Below, piece after piece: positions 1 to 10,625 of a stretch of 64,000 nt of DNA (positions are counted from its first letter, which is position 1; each line of letters opens with the position of its first letter). The notes under the pieces were generated by a model. That model ran no database searches. It was given only the letters and a program-made list of their open reading frames with translations, and was not told the DNA's origin. This DNA comes from an uncultured Candidatus Actinomarina sp. (lineage in GTDB: Bacteria > Actinomycetota > Acidimicrobiia > Actinomarinales > Actinomarinaceae): positions 431,216 to 495,215 of the forward strand of contig CACPPU010000001.1 of assembly GCA_902635945.1 (NCBI GenBank). Direction: 5' to 3'. A program made the translations under genes and the position numbers.

Positions 1-603
1 AGTTGTATTTATCCTCTTAATTCTCCAAACCCGATTAACGAAGAAAGTTTTATGAATGGAAAGCTTGAACCAACAAACTCGCCTTATGCAATAGCAAAAA
101 TAGCATCAATTGAGTTGGGAAGAGAGGTTTCAAAACAATTTGGTAACAGTGTCTTAAATTTGATGCCAACAAACCTCTATGGACCAAATGATAATTTTAG
201 CGATATGAACAGCCATGTAATCCCTGGTTTAATTTTTAGGATGCACAAAGCTAAAGAGGAAAATGATAAAGAATTTAAAATATGGGGAAGTGGAAAACCG
301 CTTAGAGAGTTTATGTATGTCGACGATTTATCAAATTGTATAGAATTTCTATTGGGAAAACAAACTGACGAAGACCTTATCAATGTTGGGACGGGTGAAG
401 AAATTTCAATTTTAGATTTAGCGAAGTTAATAAAAGACGTCATCGGATTTAGTGGTGAAATAATTAATGACTTAAATATGCCTGATGGAAACCCTAGAAA
501 GCTTTTAGATTCTTCCCTAATTAATCAACTTGGATGGAAAAGCTCAATAAGGCTTGAAGTTGGATTAAAAAATACTTACGAGTGGTTTCTTAATAACAAT
601 TAA
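1..603 (+). CDS. fcl: GDP-L-fucose synthase (GDP-4-keto-6-deoxymannose 3,5-epimerase/4-reductase), 5' end cut by window edge
   Basis: Frame 1 is open from nt 1 (SCIYPLNSPNPINEESF precedes the listed Met). LEPTNSPYAIAKI, MPTNLYGPNDNF, NSHVIPGL and WGSGKPLREFMYVDDL match the Fcl/WcaG SDR family closely. Confidence 0.85.
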   Translation, partial: SCIYPLNSPNPINEESFMNGKLEPTNSPYAIAKIASIELGREVSKQFGNSVLNLMPTNLYGPNDNFSDMNSHVIPGLIFRMHKAKEENDKEFKIWGSGKPLREFMYVDDLSNCIEFLLGKQTDEDLINVGTGEEISILDLAKLIKDVIGFSGEIINDLNMPDGNPRKLLDSSLINQLGWKSSIRLEVGLKNTYEWFLNNN

Positions 604-1902
604 TTAACTTTTTAAAGTTTTGTGATAACTTATTAAGAAATAATACAAAAAAGGAAACTGTATGCTTTCCATAGTTGTATCAAACGATGATACTAAAAAT
701 AAAGGTAATAAATAAATAAAAGCATCCTTTTTAAAACTCTTAATCAATTTAAATTGGAATAAAAGATATAAAAATAATCCCAAAATACCCATTCTTCCCA
801 ATAGGGTAAAAAGGTGATTATGAACATTCTCATTCAGGCCATCTCTACCAAGTCTGCCAGGCTTATTTGGATCCTTCATAATTTCAAATATTTCATTAAA
901 TCCAAAACCAAAAGATATTTTTCCATTATCATTTTGGTCATACATCAAGTCAAACCAAATATCTAATCGCCAATCAAGGGTATTATCTTCGGAGCAAAGC
1001 CTACCTTCACAAATATATAAACCAAAATACTTATTGACCTGTTTTCTTTCAACAACTTCAGATACAGACTCTTGAATGACAACAATTGGTTCTGTGCTCC
1101 TCTGATTTAAATCAGGTAATCCAGCAACTCTGATTGTTGACAGAGCGAATATTACTAAAGTAACAAATAACACACCGATGTATTTTTTGAATATCGTTTT
1201 AATAATTTTATAATTTGATAAGTTTACAGAAACTATCAGCAACACTGAAGAGAAAAAAGAGGCTCTGCTTAAAGACAAGAATAATGGAAGCAATAATGCA
1301 CCAACAAAATTTATATAGTAAAGAATATATTGTTCATTTTTAAATTGTTCTTTCAAAAAAAATGCGCAAAATATAAAGGCCATTAAAACATCCGATCCCT
1401 TTATAAATTGAAATTTATCACCATAATCTTTAAAAAACTGCATTATAAAATTTGGATAATTTCCCGAATTAAATATATATATTATTATTGGTGTCAAACC
1501 TACAACTAATAATTGAAAATTGTTGTACTCAATATTTCGATAATATACAGCACCAATAAAAACATAGCCTATCATCCAAAGAAATGAGGAAGATTTATAT
1601 GTATACATCTCAAAAAATGAACCGCTATTAATAAGCAAAGTTGTTATAAAAAAGGCTAGCAAAAGCAATAAATAATTATTTGGGAAAAAATTAAAATAGT
1701 CACGATTTATAAATGTGTTATAAAATACAAAGAAAATGATTAACACTAATCCAAAAGCAACCATTAATTCACCAAATCTAAAACCCAAAATTTTAAGACC
1801 CATAAATGATCTTGTAAATATCATTATTAATATGGATGTTACAAATACTGAATAAGTTAAGAATCTAATAAAATATTTGTTCATATTACTTTTTAACATC
1901 AA
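604..1902 (-). CDS. O-antigen ligase/polymerase family (Wzy_C-like) polytopic membrane protein
   Basis: About 10 hydrophobic helices. An extracytoplasmic loop is followed by NENVHNHLFTLLGRMGILGL, resembling the His/Gly signature of WaaL/Wzy_C proteins. Its stop abuts the fcl stop. Confidence 0.55.
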   Translation of the reverse strand: MMLKSNMNKYFIRFLTYSVFVTSILIMIFTRSFMGLKILGFRFGELMVAFGLVLIIFFVFYNTFINRDYFNFFPNNYLLLLLAFFITTLLINSGSFFEMYTYKSSSFLWMIGYVFIGAVYYRNIEYNNFQLLVVGLTPIIIYIFNSGNYPNFIMQFFKDYGDKFQFIKGSDVLMAFIFCAFFLKEQFKNEQYILYYINFVGALLLPLFLSLSRASFFSSVLLIVSVNLSNYKIIKTIFKKYIGVLFVTLVIFALSTIRVAGLPDLNQRSTEPIVVIQESVSEVVERKQVNKYFGLYICEGRLCSEDNTLDWRLDIWFDLMYDQNDNGKISFGFGFNEIFEIMKDPNKPGRLGRDGLNENVHNHLFTLLGRMGILGLFLYLLFQFKLIKSFKKDAFIYLLPLFLVSSFDTTMESIQFPFLYYFLISYHKTLKS

Positions 1903-1956
1903 AATCTACTTGAAAGTCTAATAAATTATAGAAAGTAAGCAAGTAAAGGAATTAAT

Positions 1957-3093
1957 ATGGCAGTTGTGAAGTCTAAAAATTCTTTAATTACTTATATATT
2001 TGGATTTGGAAGAAACGATCTAATAACATCTAACAAAAAATATGCTGATGAATTTTTCTATGGATATTTTTACTTTAAAAATAATTTAAAGAATATTGAA
2101 TATATAGAATTTAAAAATGAAATAAATAAAAATATAATTAGTAGTTTATTGATATTTTTATCAAAAGTTTTAAGAAAGATTTCAAAATTATCATTTTTTA
2201 TTGAAAATATTTGTACTTATAAAAACTTTAAAATACTCCTAAAAACAAAACACATAGTCATAACAAATGACAGGATGGGGCTGTCACTCCTTCCTTTTTT
2301 AATAATTTTTAAAATACTTAAAACAAATAAATCGTCAGTAATCGTAATGGGTCTTTTAGCAAAAGAAACTAAGAATTTATTTTCTCATTTTATACAAAGA
2401 GCTATATTAAATTTGTTTTTCTTTACTGCAGATAACTTAATTTTTTTAAGTAAAAGTGAATGGCAACAAGCAAATATGTCTTATAAAAATTTTAAAGAAA
2501 AGTTTTATTTTGTACCTTTTTGTATTGACACAGGATTTTGGAATAAAAAAAATTCTAATAAACCAAAAAATAATATAATATTTATCGGTAATGATGGCCG
2601 GAGAGAATTTGAACTTGTTAAAAAAATTGCAGAAGAGCTTAAAGAATACAATTTTATTTTTGTAACTTCTGAAATAAAAAAAGAAGAGATTAAAAGTAGT
2701 AATATTCATTTATACCAAGGAAGTTGGAACAAGCAAATTTTAAGTGATCATGAGCTTAAAGACATATATTCTGAAGCAATATTGTCAATAATACCAATTA
2801 AAAATTCATATCAACCATCTGGTCAAAGTGTTGCGCTTCAATCCATGTCTATGAATGTGCCCGTCATGATTACAGACACTGTCGGTTTTTGGGATAAAGA
2901 AGTTTTTACTGATAAAAATAACATATATTTTATTAAAAAAAATACTTTGAATTTATGGGTAGAAAGTATCAGGTCAGCATTAAGTGATAAGGATGAGTTA
3001 AAAAAAGTATCTGTGAATGGTAATAAAGCTGTTAAAGAAATATATAATTCAGAAAACTTTTACAAATCTCTTAAAAATATTGTTTTAAAATAA
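1957..3093 (+). CDS. GT-B fold glycosyltransferase (GT4-like)
   Basis: The C-terminal half (IFIGNDGRREFELV ... PSGQSVALQSMSMNVPVMITD) has the GT-B retaining-transferase pattern. Confidence 0.55.
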   Translation: MAVVKSKNSLITYIFGFGRNDLITSNKKYADEFFYGYFYFKNNLKNIEYIEFKNEINKNIISSLLIFLSKVLRKISKLSFFIENICTYKNFKILLKTKHIVITNDRMGLSLLPFLIIFKILKTNKSSVIVMGLLAKETKNLFSHFIQRAILNLFFFTADNLIFLSKSEWQQANMSYKNFKEKFYFVPFCIDTGFWNKKNSNKPKNNIIFIGNDGRREFELVKKIAEELKEYNFIFVTSEIKKEEIKSSNIHLYQGSWNKQILSDHELKDIYSEAILSIIPIKNSYQPSGQSVALQSMSMNVPVMITDTVGFWDKEVFTDKNNIYFIKKNTLNLWVESIRSALSDKDELKKVSVNGNKAVKEIYNSENFYKSLKNIVLK

Positions 3094-3095
3094 AT

Positions 3096-4133
3096 TTATT
3101 TCAATATTTGCTTTAATTTATATATTTTTTTACCTATTACAGAACCTTTATCTATATCACGTTCAAGTAAAATAGTTTTTTTATTTTTTATCATTTCTGT
3201 AAATAGATTTAAAAAATCTTCAGACATTAAATCTGAGTTAAAAGGGTACTTTGACATTCTATTTGAATATTTTTCATAATTACTTAATACATCGAGAAGC
3301 ACTTGCTCAAAATTGAAAATTTCATACTCTATACCAAAATTGTTACAATATTCTTTTACACCACCGCTATTAATATACATTACGGGAAGTCCACATTGAG
3401 ATGCTTCTATATGATGATTTCCTGATGGCTCATTTAGAGATCCCGTTATGTAAATATGATGTTTTTTTATTTCTTTTGCTAACTCTAATCCTGACATTGG
3501 ACTTATGTGTTCAGAATTTTTAAATTGAAATTTTTTTGGTATATTTCCAATATATGTAAATGAAATTTTATTTTTCCACATATCGATTCCAAGTAAATCA
3601 TCTAATTTTTGATAAATCTCAAAACCCTTATTCCAATTAGCACCCCAGTGATGTGTTACAATTTTTAATTTTGAATTTCCGTCCCAAACTGACTTACCCT
3701 CTGAATTAAATATTTTATTATTTGCTCCCGCAAGAATTACATAATTATTTTTTCTATTTATGCCCTGTACAGTATATAAATTTTTTAGCCAGTTGCTGAC
3801 AAAGATGGTGTAGTCTGCAATTTTATTTGCTTCGATTAAATACTTATTTACAAAATTTGTATTTTTTCTTTCATCACATTCATTTATTCTATGGGCTACA
3901 AGTGTTGACGGATTAATATAATTCAAATAATTTTTAACATCTAAATGTGTAAACGCAGAAGATTCTGATGTTTTACGCGGTTCAGTAATTAAAATTATAT
4001 CTATATCTTCATCTTCTAAATTATTAATTACTTGATGTCCCTTAGATAAAAGATGTTCTCGAAGATTTATAGCAAATAAATTACCTCCACCCCAAGGGCC
4101 CTCTTTAATATTTGTACCAATGCTAACTTTCAT
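3096..4133 (-). CDS. GT-B fold glycosyltransferase
   Basis: NEPSGNHHIEASQCGLPVMYINSGGVKEY is a GT1/GT4-type C-terminal motif. I moved the start to the internal ATG at 4133 (MKVSIGTN...), leaving an 11-nt overlap with the upstream gene rather than 50 nt. Confidence 0.55.
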   Translation of the reverse strand: MKVSIGTNIKEGPWGGGNLFAINLREHLLSKGHQVINNLEDEDIDIILITEPRKTSESSAFTHLDVKNYLNYINPSTLVAHRINECDERKNTNFVNKYLIEANKIADYTIFVSNWLKNLYTVQGINRKNNYVILAGANNKIFNSEGKSVWDGNSKLKIVTHHWGANWNKGFEIYQKLDDLLGIDMWKNKISFTYIGNIPKKFQFKNSEHISPMSGLELAKEIKKHHIYITGSLNEPSGNHHIEASQCGLPVMYINSGGVKEYCNNFGIEYEIFNFEQVLLDVLSNYEKYSNRMSKYPFNSDLMSEDFLNLFTEMIKNKKTILLERDIDKGSVIGKKIYKLKQILK

Positions 4134-5046
4134 TAATTTTATCCAAAAGACTATTGAACTGTTTAAATCCATATGGAATTCTATATCTTTCTACATTTTC
4201 ATATGCAAAATCTATGTTTGGAGTTGCATTTTGAAAGTTATTCATATCGAAAATTGATACTGGATCTAATATTTCACTTGCTATACCTACATCAGTTGAA
4301 ATCAATGGTGTTTTGCTCAATCCGCATTCCATAATTGCCGCCGGACCACCTTCATATCTAGATGAAACTATGTATAAATCTAAAATATTATATAGTTCAT
4401 TAATTTCACTAAAAGAAGCCATTTCAAAGTAATGAAATGGTATTTTTTCTTTTTTTAACTGTTCAATTATATAATTACGTCTTTTCCCAGCCAAAATTAT
4501 ATTGAGGTTTTCTTTTTCTATGTTTATATGTTTTATTATTTCAATGAACCTATCTGGACCTTTCGATAGTTTAGGAGAAATTAAATCATGTCCTTCTGTA
4601 TCGCGCTGAAAAGAGCCAATAAAGTAACCCCTATTGTCTAAATTATACTTTTCATACAACTTTTTTTTATTTTCAATTTGAAACCAGATATTTTGATTTA
4701 CCCAAAATGGTATTTTAGTTATTGGTTTTGAAGTAAGTTTTTTGACTTGATTGTATGTTTTGTCTGAAATCACATGATAATGATCAACATAGTTATCCCT
4801 AGATTTAAATTCCTCATACTGTGAATTATCAAATTTTTCTTCATCTATATGATGAACTGTACATAATACCTTGGTTTTTTTCAGAGATACAATTGGCACT
4901 TTTCTCCATGTCCAAGGAGCAATTAGCCAAATAATATCATTTCCAACATATGGTTGTTTCGTTTGTTTAAAATTATAGGTATTCCACTCATCAATAAATC
5001 GATCAACAACCCAATTTTCTTTTGCATTATTTATAAATATTTTCAT
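4123..5046 (-). CDS. GT-B fold glycosyltransferase
   Basis: LYIVSSRYEGGPAAIMECGLSKTPLISTDVGIASEIL is a typical E-x7-E-region GT4 motif. It overlaps both neighbours, so it is in an operon. Confidence 0.55.
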   Translation of the reverse strand: MKIFINNAKENWVVDRFIDEWNTYNFKQTKQPYVGNDIIWLIAPWTWRKVPIVSLKKTKVLCTVHHIDEEKFDNSQYEEFKSRDNYVDHYHVISDKTYNQVKKLTSKPITKIPFWVNQNIWFQIENKKKLYEKYNLDNRGYFIGSFQRDTEGHDLISPKLSKGPDRFIEIIKHINIEKENLNIILAGKRRNYIIEQLKKEKIPFHYFEMASFSEINELYNILDLYIVSSRYEGGPAAIMECGLSKTPLISTDVGIASEILDPVSIFDMNNFQNATPNIDFAYENVERYRIPYGFKQFNSLLDKINES

Positions 5047-5744
5047 ATCTTTAACAAAGGTTTAATTTTTTTTCTTACACATTTTGCATAATATTTCTGC
5101 TCTGATTTTTTATTACTTGAAATATTGTTTTTAGTATTTAAAGTATATAAGATTTCATCTGTGAATTTATATTTAAACCCTTTATTTAAAAGTTCAGTCA
5201 TTAATTTATAATCTTGTGAGTAATAAAAATCATTATCATAACCACCAATTTCATCTATTGCTTTTTTTGTGATTAACAATGATCCGTGTATAAAAGGATT
5301 TTTGTATTTTATTAATAATTTTTTAGGAAGATAAAATGAGAAACCTGGAATCTTTCTGTTCTTATCAATTGTAAAAGCTCTGGAAGAACAAAAATCTAAA
5401 TTTAATCTCTCTATCAACTCAACTTGTTTTTTAATTCTATCTAAATGACTTATATCATCATCGTCTTGCCTAGCTATATATTTACCTTGTGATTTTTTAA
5501 TTAAAAAATTTAATGATTTTGTTAAGCCGATATTTTTCATATTTTTATATAACTTTATATTTTTATTTTCTTTAATAAATGTTTCTACAACATGTGATGT
5601 GGAGTCAGTAGAACCATCGTCAACTATTAATAATTCTATATTTTTATAAGACTGATTGATTATGCTTTCAATTGAATATTTGATTTTGTCTTTAGAATTA
5701 TAAGTGCTCATTATTACAGAGACTAATTCATGATTATTATTCAT
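5043..5744 (-). CDS. Family 2 glycosyltransferase
   Basis: VSVIMSTYNSKDKIKYSIESIINQSYKNIELLIVDDGSTDST plus ARQDDDDIS is a canonical GT2 N-terminal domain. Confidence 0.8.
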   Translation of the reverse strand: MNNNHELVSVIMSTYNSKDKIKYSIESIINQSYKNIELLIVDDGSTDSTSHVVETFIKENKNIKLYKNMKNIGLTKSLNFLIKKSQGKYIARQDDDDISHLDRIKKQVELIERLNLDFCSSRAFTIDKNRKIPGFSFYLPKKLLIKYKNPFIHGSLLITKKAIDEIGGYDNDFYYSQDYKLMTELLNKGFKYKFTDEILYTLNTKNNISSNKKSEQKYYAKCVRKKIKPLLKI

Positions 5745-6888
5745 CTAATATCATATTAAATCTATCAAACATTTTATTTTCATTTAAATATGTAAAGATA
5801 AATTCTCTATTTTCAGTTCCTATTTTTTTTAATCTTTGTTTATCTTCAACAATTTTTAATTTATTCATTAAATCTTCGTAATCAAATTGATCAAATGCTA
5901 ATTTATATTTTTCAGGGAAAAATTCATGAATTCCTCCAGTTCTTGGATATATTGATGGAATACCAAGGTAAGAAGCTTCACAAAGCAAAGTTGGCTGACC
6001 TTCGTAAAGTTTAGTTGCTGTAACCACTGCTAACGAATTATAAATTAATTTTATTACCTTATCATTTGATATTGGACCTTCAAAGTAGATATTGGAATTG
6101 TTTTTATACTTTTTTTTCAACATATTTAAAATTGGCCCTTCGCCAACAATTTTAAGATTAATTTCATTGATATTTGAACTAACAAAACTTTTTATAAGCT
6201 CTTCTACTCCTTTTTCTTCAGAAACCCTCCCAGCATAAATTATGTAATCTTCTTGAGAGTCTTCATTTTTATTTATCTCTATATTTATTGGATTTGGATG
6301 CACAAAGATTTTTGACTTAGAAATGTCTAGTTTTAATAAAAATTTCTTATGAAACTCTGTTAAAACTAAAATCTTCAAGTCTGAATTTTTTAATATATTG
6401 AAGTATTTCCTTCCATAAATAAGTATTAATAAAGACTTGATTAAAGATTCTTTAAAATAATTATTGAAGATAACAAATCTTTTTTTTCTAAAACCGCAAG
6501 CTTCACAAAATTCTTTACCTTTTAAATGATCTGAAATATATATAGATCGTGTACAAAAATAGCGAAAATTATGAAGTTTAAGAATTACATCTAACTTGTG
6601 CCTATCAGCGACTTTGAATATTCCTAGAGATGCTTTAAACCAAGTATTGTGAATGTATATTGCATCTGGTTTAAATTCTTTTATTTTCTTTTCAAGAATG
6701 TATGTACTTTTAGTATTTTTATTGGTTATAAAAGTGAAAAAATCAAAAAAATAATTTGTAATTTTATTTTCAAAGTATAAATACTCTACTTTATAATTTT
6801 TTTTTAAAAATTTTATTTCATTTTCAACTGCAATATCTTCGCCACCAATTTGTTGATATTTGTTATGTATAACTAAAAGTTTTTTCAT
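5737..6888 (-). CDS. GT-B fold glycosyltransferase (GT4-like)
   Basis: GGEDIAVENE near the N-terminus and YEGQPTLLCEASYLGIPSIYPRTGGIHEF near the C-terminus. Confidence 0.65.
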   Translation of the reverse strand: MKKLLVIHNKYQQIGGEDIAVENEIKFLKKNYKVEYLYFENKITNYFFDFFTFITNKNTKSTYILEKKIKEFKPDAIYIHNTWFKASLGIFKVADRHKLDVILKLHNFRYFCTRSIYISDHLKGKEFCEACGFRKKRFVIFNNYFKESLIKSLLILIYGRKYFNILKNSDLKILVLTEFHKKFLLKLDISKSKIFVHPNPINIEINKNEDSQEDYIIYAGRVSEEKGVEELIKSFVSSNINEINLKIVGEGPILNMLKKKYKNNSNIYFEGPISNDKVIKLIYNSLAVVTATKLYEGQPTLLCEASYLGIPSIYPRTGGIHEFFPEKYKLAFDQFDYEDLMNKLKIVEDKQRLKKIGTENREFIFTYLNENKMFDRFNMILDE

Positions 6889-7027
6889 GATTCTTTATTA
6901 ATATATTTAATCATAACCAACGAAGGCAATTAAATTATTCACCTATTAAATTTAACTTGATCATATTGGAAGCTTTGAATCGAATTAAAGATTAAAAAAC
7001 CTATAAAATAATATATGTGGATAAGTT

Positions 7028-7888
7028 ATGACAAATAAAAAATTAGCATTGGTAGACATTATGGGTGGATTGGGAAATCAATTACACCAAGTAAACTTTG
7101 CAAATTATCTAAAAGAAAATAACTATAATGTTTTAGTCAGTACAGAATGGTATAGCTTTAAACAACTTGATGATAAAACAACTAAAAGAAATCTTGAATT
7201 AAATATTGAAGATTTTAATTTAATAAAAGCAGATGAGAAAATACTTAAAAAATTTGACCGACTTAACAATTTAATTAAAATACAGCCATTAAAGAGAGTT
7301 TACAGATCAAGAATTAATAAATTTTATAAACTACACAAAGGTGACGTTTTATTAGATAATTCAAAATACTTAAATAATAGATATACCGGTTACTGGCAAG
7401 ATGCAAAATATCTTTTAGATAGAAAAAACTATTTTATAGAGGCACTGTGTAAAAACTCAGAATTCAAAAACAACTTAAATAATCAATCAAAAGATGTCAA
7501 CACTGTTATTCATATAAGAAAAGGTGATTACATTAACTGGGGAGAAGATTTACCAAGCAATTATTACTTAAATGCTTTACAAAGTTTAAGAAAATTTGAA
7601 GAAACGATAAAATATGATATATTTACCGACGAACAAAATGTAGACATTAATAAAAAAATTTTTAAGGAAGCAGAAAACATATTTAACAATTTAAATGAAA
7701 AACCCCTAATAACACTTTCAAGAATGCAAGGTTATAAAAACTTTATAATATCTAACAGCAGCTTTTCATTTTTTGCTGCCTATTTAAGTCGTTCAAAAGA
7801 CAAAAAAGTACTCTATCCTAATCCTTGGTTTAAGACAGTTAGCCATGTTCCTTATACAAATTCAGACTGGTTAGAAATAAGTTATTAA
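7028..7888 (+). CDS. GT11-type alpha-1,2-fucosyltransferase-like protein
   Basis: The N-terminal GGLGNQLHQVNFA motif plus HIRKGDY and SNSSFSFFAAYL match the GT11 motifs. The GDP-fucose synthase gene is in the same cluster. Confidence 0.65.
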   Translation: MTNKKLALVDIMGGLGNQLHQVNFANYLKENNYNVLVSTEWYSFKQLDDKTTKRNLELNIEDFNLIKADEKILKKFDRLNNLIKIQPLKRVYRSRINKFYKLHKGDVLLDNSKYLNNRYTGYWQDAKYLLDRKNYFIEALCKNSEFKNNLNNQSKDVNTVIHIRKGDYINWGEDLPSNYYLNALQSLRKFEETIKYDIFTDEQNVDINKKIFKEAENIFNNLNEKPLITLSRMQGYKNFIISNSSFSFFAAYLSRSKDKKVLYPNPWFKTVSHVPYTNSDWLEISY

Positions 7889-7895
7889 ATTTGAA

Positions 7896-8924
7896 CTATA
7901 AAAACCATTCTTTATTGGTTGTATGAAAATCAATTACGTTTTTTAAGCCCAAGTTAAATTCTCTGTCATACGCTCCACCAAGACTTTCTAACAAATTTGT
8001 ATCCAAACCGTATTTAATATCATGTCCAGGTCTTGCTGGATCATTTTGCATAAGCTTGTATTTATATTTCTTATTTAAGTTTTTTGATATCAATTCAACA
8101 ATCTCGAGATTACTAATTAAATTGTTTCCAGAAATATTTACTTTTGGCGGGCTTTTTTTATATATTTCAAAGCTCTTTTTTTCAACCATTTTATAGTTTT
8201 GAACTAAAAATAGGATTGATTTAGCCAAATCATCATTGTACAAATAGTATCTACTACCAGGATTGTTATTAGAGTCCGTATGAACTATTATTTCCTCATC
8301 ATTTAGTATTTTCTTAATTGTATTAGGTATAAATTTTTCGTAGTGCTGTCTTTCTCCATACACATTAGAACAATGTGAAATAAGTGATGGCAAGGAATAT
8401 GTATTGGCATACGCAATTGTTAGCTCTTCGCCCGCTGCTTTAGTTGCTGAATAAGGATTTTTAGAATTATACCTGTCCCATTCTTTAAACTCTTCTACTT
8501 CTATAGATGGTCCAAAAACTTCATCTGTACTAAAGTAATAGAACAAATCAAGGTTATCTAATTTTCTTGCTGCTTCTAATAAGTTAAATGTTCCTACTAC
8601 ATTATCTTGTACAAAAGTACCAGGATCAGATACAGAATTTGTTACGTGAGAAGATGCTCCTATATGTACTATGTAATTAATATCTTTTATTTGTTGGATT
8701 AATTCATTATGAATAGGTGCTTTGAAATCATGGTAAATGAATTTAATTCTTTTTTCAGCGTCACTCCCTGATGTCTCTGTAACATATTTTAATCTTTTTA
8801 GATCTCCAGCATAACTTAGCCTGTCAAAAGTAATGACTTCCCAATCAGTTGAAGATATGATTTCTTTTATTGCAAGATGCCCTATAAAACCTGCACCACC
8901 AGTTAGAAGTACTTTTTTGCTCAT
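7896..8924 (-). CDS. Extended-SDR NDP-sugar dehydratase/epimerase (dTDP-glucose 4,6-dehydratase-like)
   Basis: GGAGFIGHL Rossmann motif, DRLSYAGDLKRL (RfbB-like), and the STDEVFG ... YSATKAAGE catalytic triad region. Confidence 0.65.
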   Translation of the reverse strand: MSKKVLLTGGAGFIGHLAIKEIISSTDWEVITFDRLSYAGDLKRLKYVTETSGSDAEKRIKFIYHDFKAPIHNELIQQIKDINYIVHIGASSHVTNSVSDPGTFVQDNVVGTFNLLEAARKLDNLDLFYYFSTDEVFGPSIEVEEFKEWDRYNSKNPYSATKAAGEELTIAYANTYSLPSLISHCSNVYGERQHYEKFIPNTIKKILNDEEIIVHTDSNNNPGSRYYLYNDDLAKSILFLVQNYKMVEKKSFEIYKKSPPKVNISGNNLISNLEIVELISKNLNKKYKYKLMQNDPARPGHDIKYGLDTNLLESLGGAYDREFNLGLKNVIDFHTTNKEWFL

Positions 8925-9017
8925 ATTTAAAAATTATAACTGCTTTAAATTGATAATATTATTTTTAAATATTATGTTAGTTTATTTTAAAAAGTGTAAA
9001 GCATGTTAATAACACTT

Positions 9018-10427
9018 TTATTTTGATAATTCCTCATGATATTCGCCATCAACATTTACTACCCAAGGGTCATAATCTCCAAGTCCCAGTAAGTTTCTCG
9101 CAGCATATAAGCCAGTGGCCATTGCGTGGTCTTGGTTATTGTATTTAAACATACCAGATCTTCCGATTGCAAATAAATTTTCTTTTTTACTTAACCAGTC
9201 TCTGATTATTTTGATTTTATTTTCATAACCTGTTTGAATAACAGGATATGCCTTTGGGTTACGAGTAATTTCTGAATGTATAACATTAAAATTAATGTCA
9301 AAGATTTCTCGCAGTTCTTTGATTGCAAAGTTGATAATATTTTCATTTTTATTATTCCAAATTTCATCATACTCGTAACAGAAATATTCTAACGTAAGAG
9401 GGTACGTATTGTCCGGACTCATATCTAAAGAAAAATTTGAAAAATCAGCAATTCTTGCAAGCTTTAATTCTGGAGAGTGTATGTATATCCAATTATCATC
9501 AAATAATTTTTTATCAATTGTTAAATGAACACTAATGTGATTTCTATAGTTTAGATCCTCTGCTGAAGTAATAACATTGTCTGGAATTTCAGATTTAAAT
9601 ATTTTAATAAATTCTAACAAGGGGCTACTAAATAAAATACTTTTAGTTTTTAGTTTATTTTTAACACCTTCACTGTCTAAATATGTAACTTCATAAATTT
9701 CTGATGAATATTCTATTTCACAAACGTTTGATTGTTTTAATATTTGGATATTTTTTTTAATTAAGAAGCTTTCAAACTTCTCCCACAACATACCAGCACC
9801 CATTCTTGGATAATAAAATTCATCAATTAATGTCTTTGGTCTTTTTTTACTATTAGGAAAAAGTGCAAATCTTATTGCAGTTGACAAACTGAGCCCTTTT
9901 ATACGCTGCGCTGCCCAATCTTTACCAATATTCTTACAATCTATCCCCCAAACTTTTTCTGTGTAATTCTTAAAAAAGTTTTTATAAAGCTTGTATCCAA
10001 ATCTATCTACTACCCAATCTTCAAAATTTTCAATCTTAACAATCCGCAAATAACTTTTAATTCTTGCATATATGTATGAAAAACCAATTTTAAAAGATTC
10101 GATAACGCCAAGACCAAATAAAGCATTTAATGGAGTGAGAGGATAATCAAAATAACTATTTTCAAATAATATTCTTGTTTTTCTATTAACTTTTATTGCA
10201 TCTTCACCAAGCATTTTTAAAAATAAATCATAAACTTCTTCATTTTTAGTAAAAAACCTGTGAGGGCCAATGTCATATCTGTAATCCCCAAACACTTTTG
10301 TTTCAGCTAGGCCACCTACTTGGTTTTTTTTCTCCAAAACAAGTACTTTTTTATTTGTTTTAGATAACTCATAAGCGGCAGTAAGCCCAGCTGGGCCAGC
10401 ACCTATAATAATTGAATCATAAAGCAT
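9018..10427 (-). CDS. FAD-dependent oxidoreductase (amine-oxidase / UDP-galactopyranose-mutase-like fold)
   Basis: The N-terminal IIIGAGPAGLTAAYEL...VLVLEKKNQVGG dinucleotide-binding motif. The specific activity cannot be assigned from sequence by eye. Confidence 0.55.
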   Translation of the reverse strand: MLYDSIIIGAGPAGLTAAYELSKTNKKVLVLEKKNQVGGLAETKVFGDYRYDIGPHRFFTKNEEVYDLFLKMLGEDAIKVNRKTRILFENSYFDYPLTPLNALFGLGVIESFKIGFSYIYARIKSYLRIVKIENFEDWVVDRFGYKLYKNFFKNYTEKVWGIDCKNIGKDWAAQRIKGLSLSTAIRFALFPNSKKRPKTLIDEFYYPRMGAGMLWEKFESFLIKKNIQILKQSNVCEIEYSSEIYEVTYLDSEGVKNKLKTKSILFSSPLLEFIKIFKSEIPDNVITSAEDLNYRNHISVHLTIDKKLFDDNWIYIHSPELKLARIADFSNFSLDMSPDNTYPLTLEYFCYEYDEIWNNKNENIINFAIKELREIFDINFNVIHSEITRNPKAYPVIQTGYENKIKIIRDWLSKKENLFAIGRSGMFKYNNQDHAMATGLYAARNLLGLGDYDPWVVNVDGEYHEELSK

Positions 10428-10625
10428 AACTGCAAGTTTAATTTAAATAAATTCAAACGCATAACTTTTAATCTAGGATATTCACAAAAAGATAATTGAT
10501 ATTAATTTAATTAAATATAACTAATACATATTTTCAAAAAATAAAACTTTTTGCTATATTATTCAAATTTTATATTTAAAAATATGTACCTCTTTATAGT
10601 TGACGCCTTAGTTAATATTACTTTA

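Noticed and set aside
177-443. ORF-track entries lying antisense to, or out of frame within, longer well-supported genes. These are 177-443, 2446-2709, 11213-11440, 16873-17193, 18571-18759, 21092-21319, 21485-21928, 30916-31113, 30935-31147, 31625-31828, 35658-35879, 36166-36354, 41271-41501, 43707-43946, 43988-44170, 45376-45627, 46732-47100, 47242-47448, 47526-47762, 51674-52072, 52992-53333, 55361-55564, 56489-56743, 59185-59451 and 59430-59951.
   Set aside because: Each is fully or largely nested in a longer ORF that carries clear family motifs. Their translations are low-complexity (Ser/Phe/Ile-rich), as expected from reading AT-rich coding DNA in the wrong frame.
8990-9019. 8-bp inverted repeat AAAAGTGT-n14-ACACTTTT overlapping the stop of the FAD oxidoreductase gene
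   Set aside because: It is a short, AT-dominated stem with a large loop. Such pairs are expected by chance in DNA this AT-rich.
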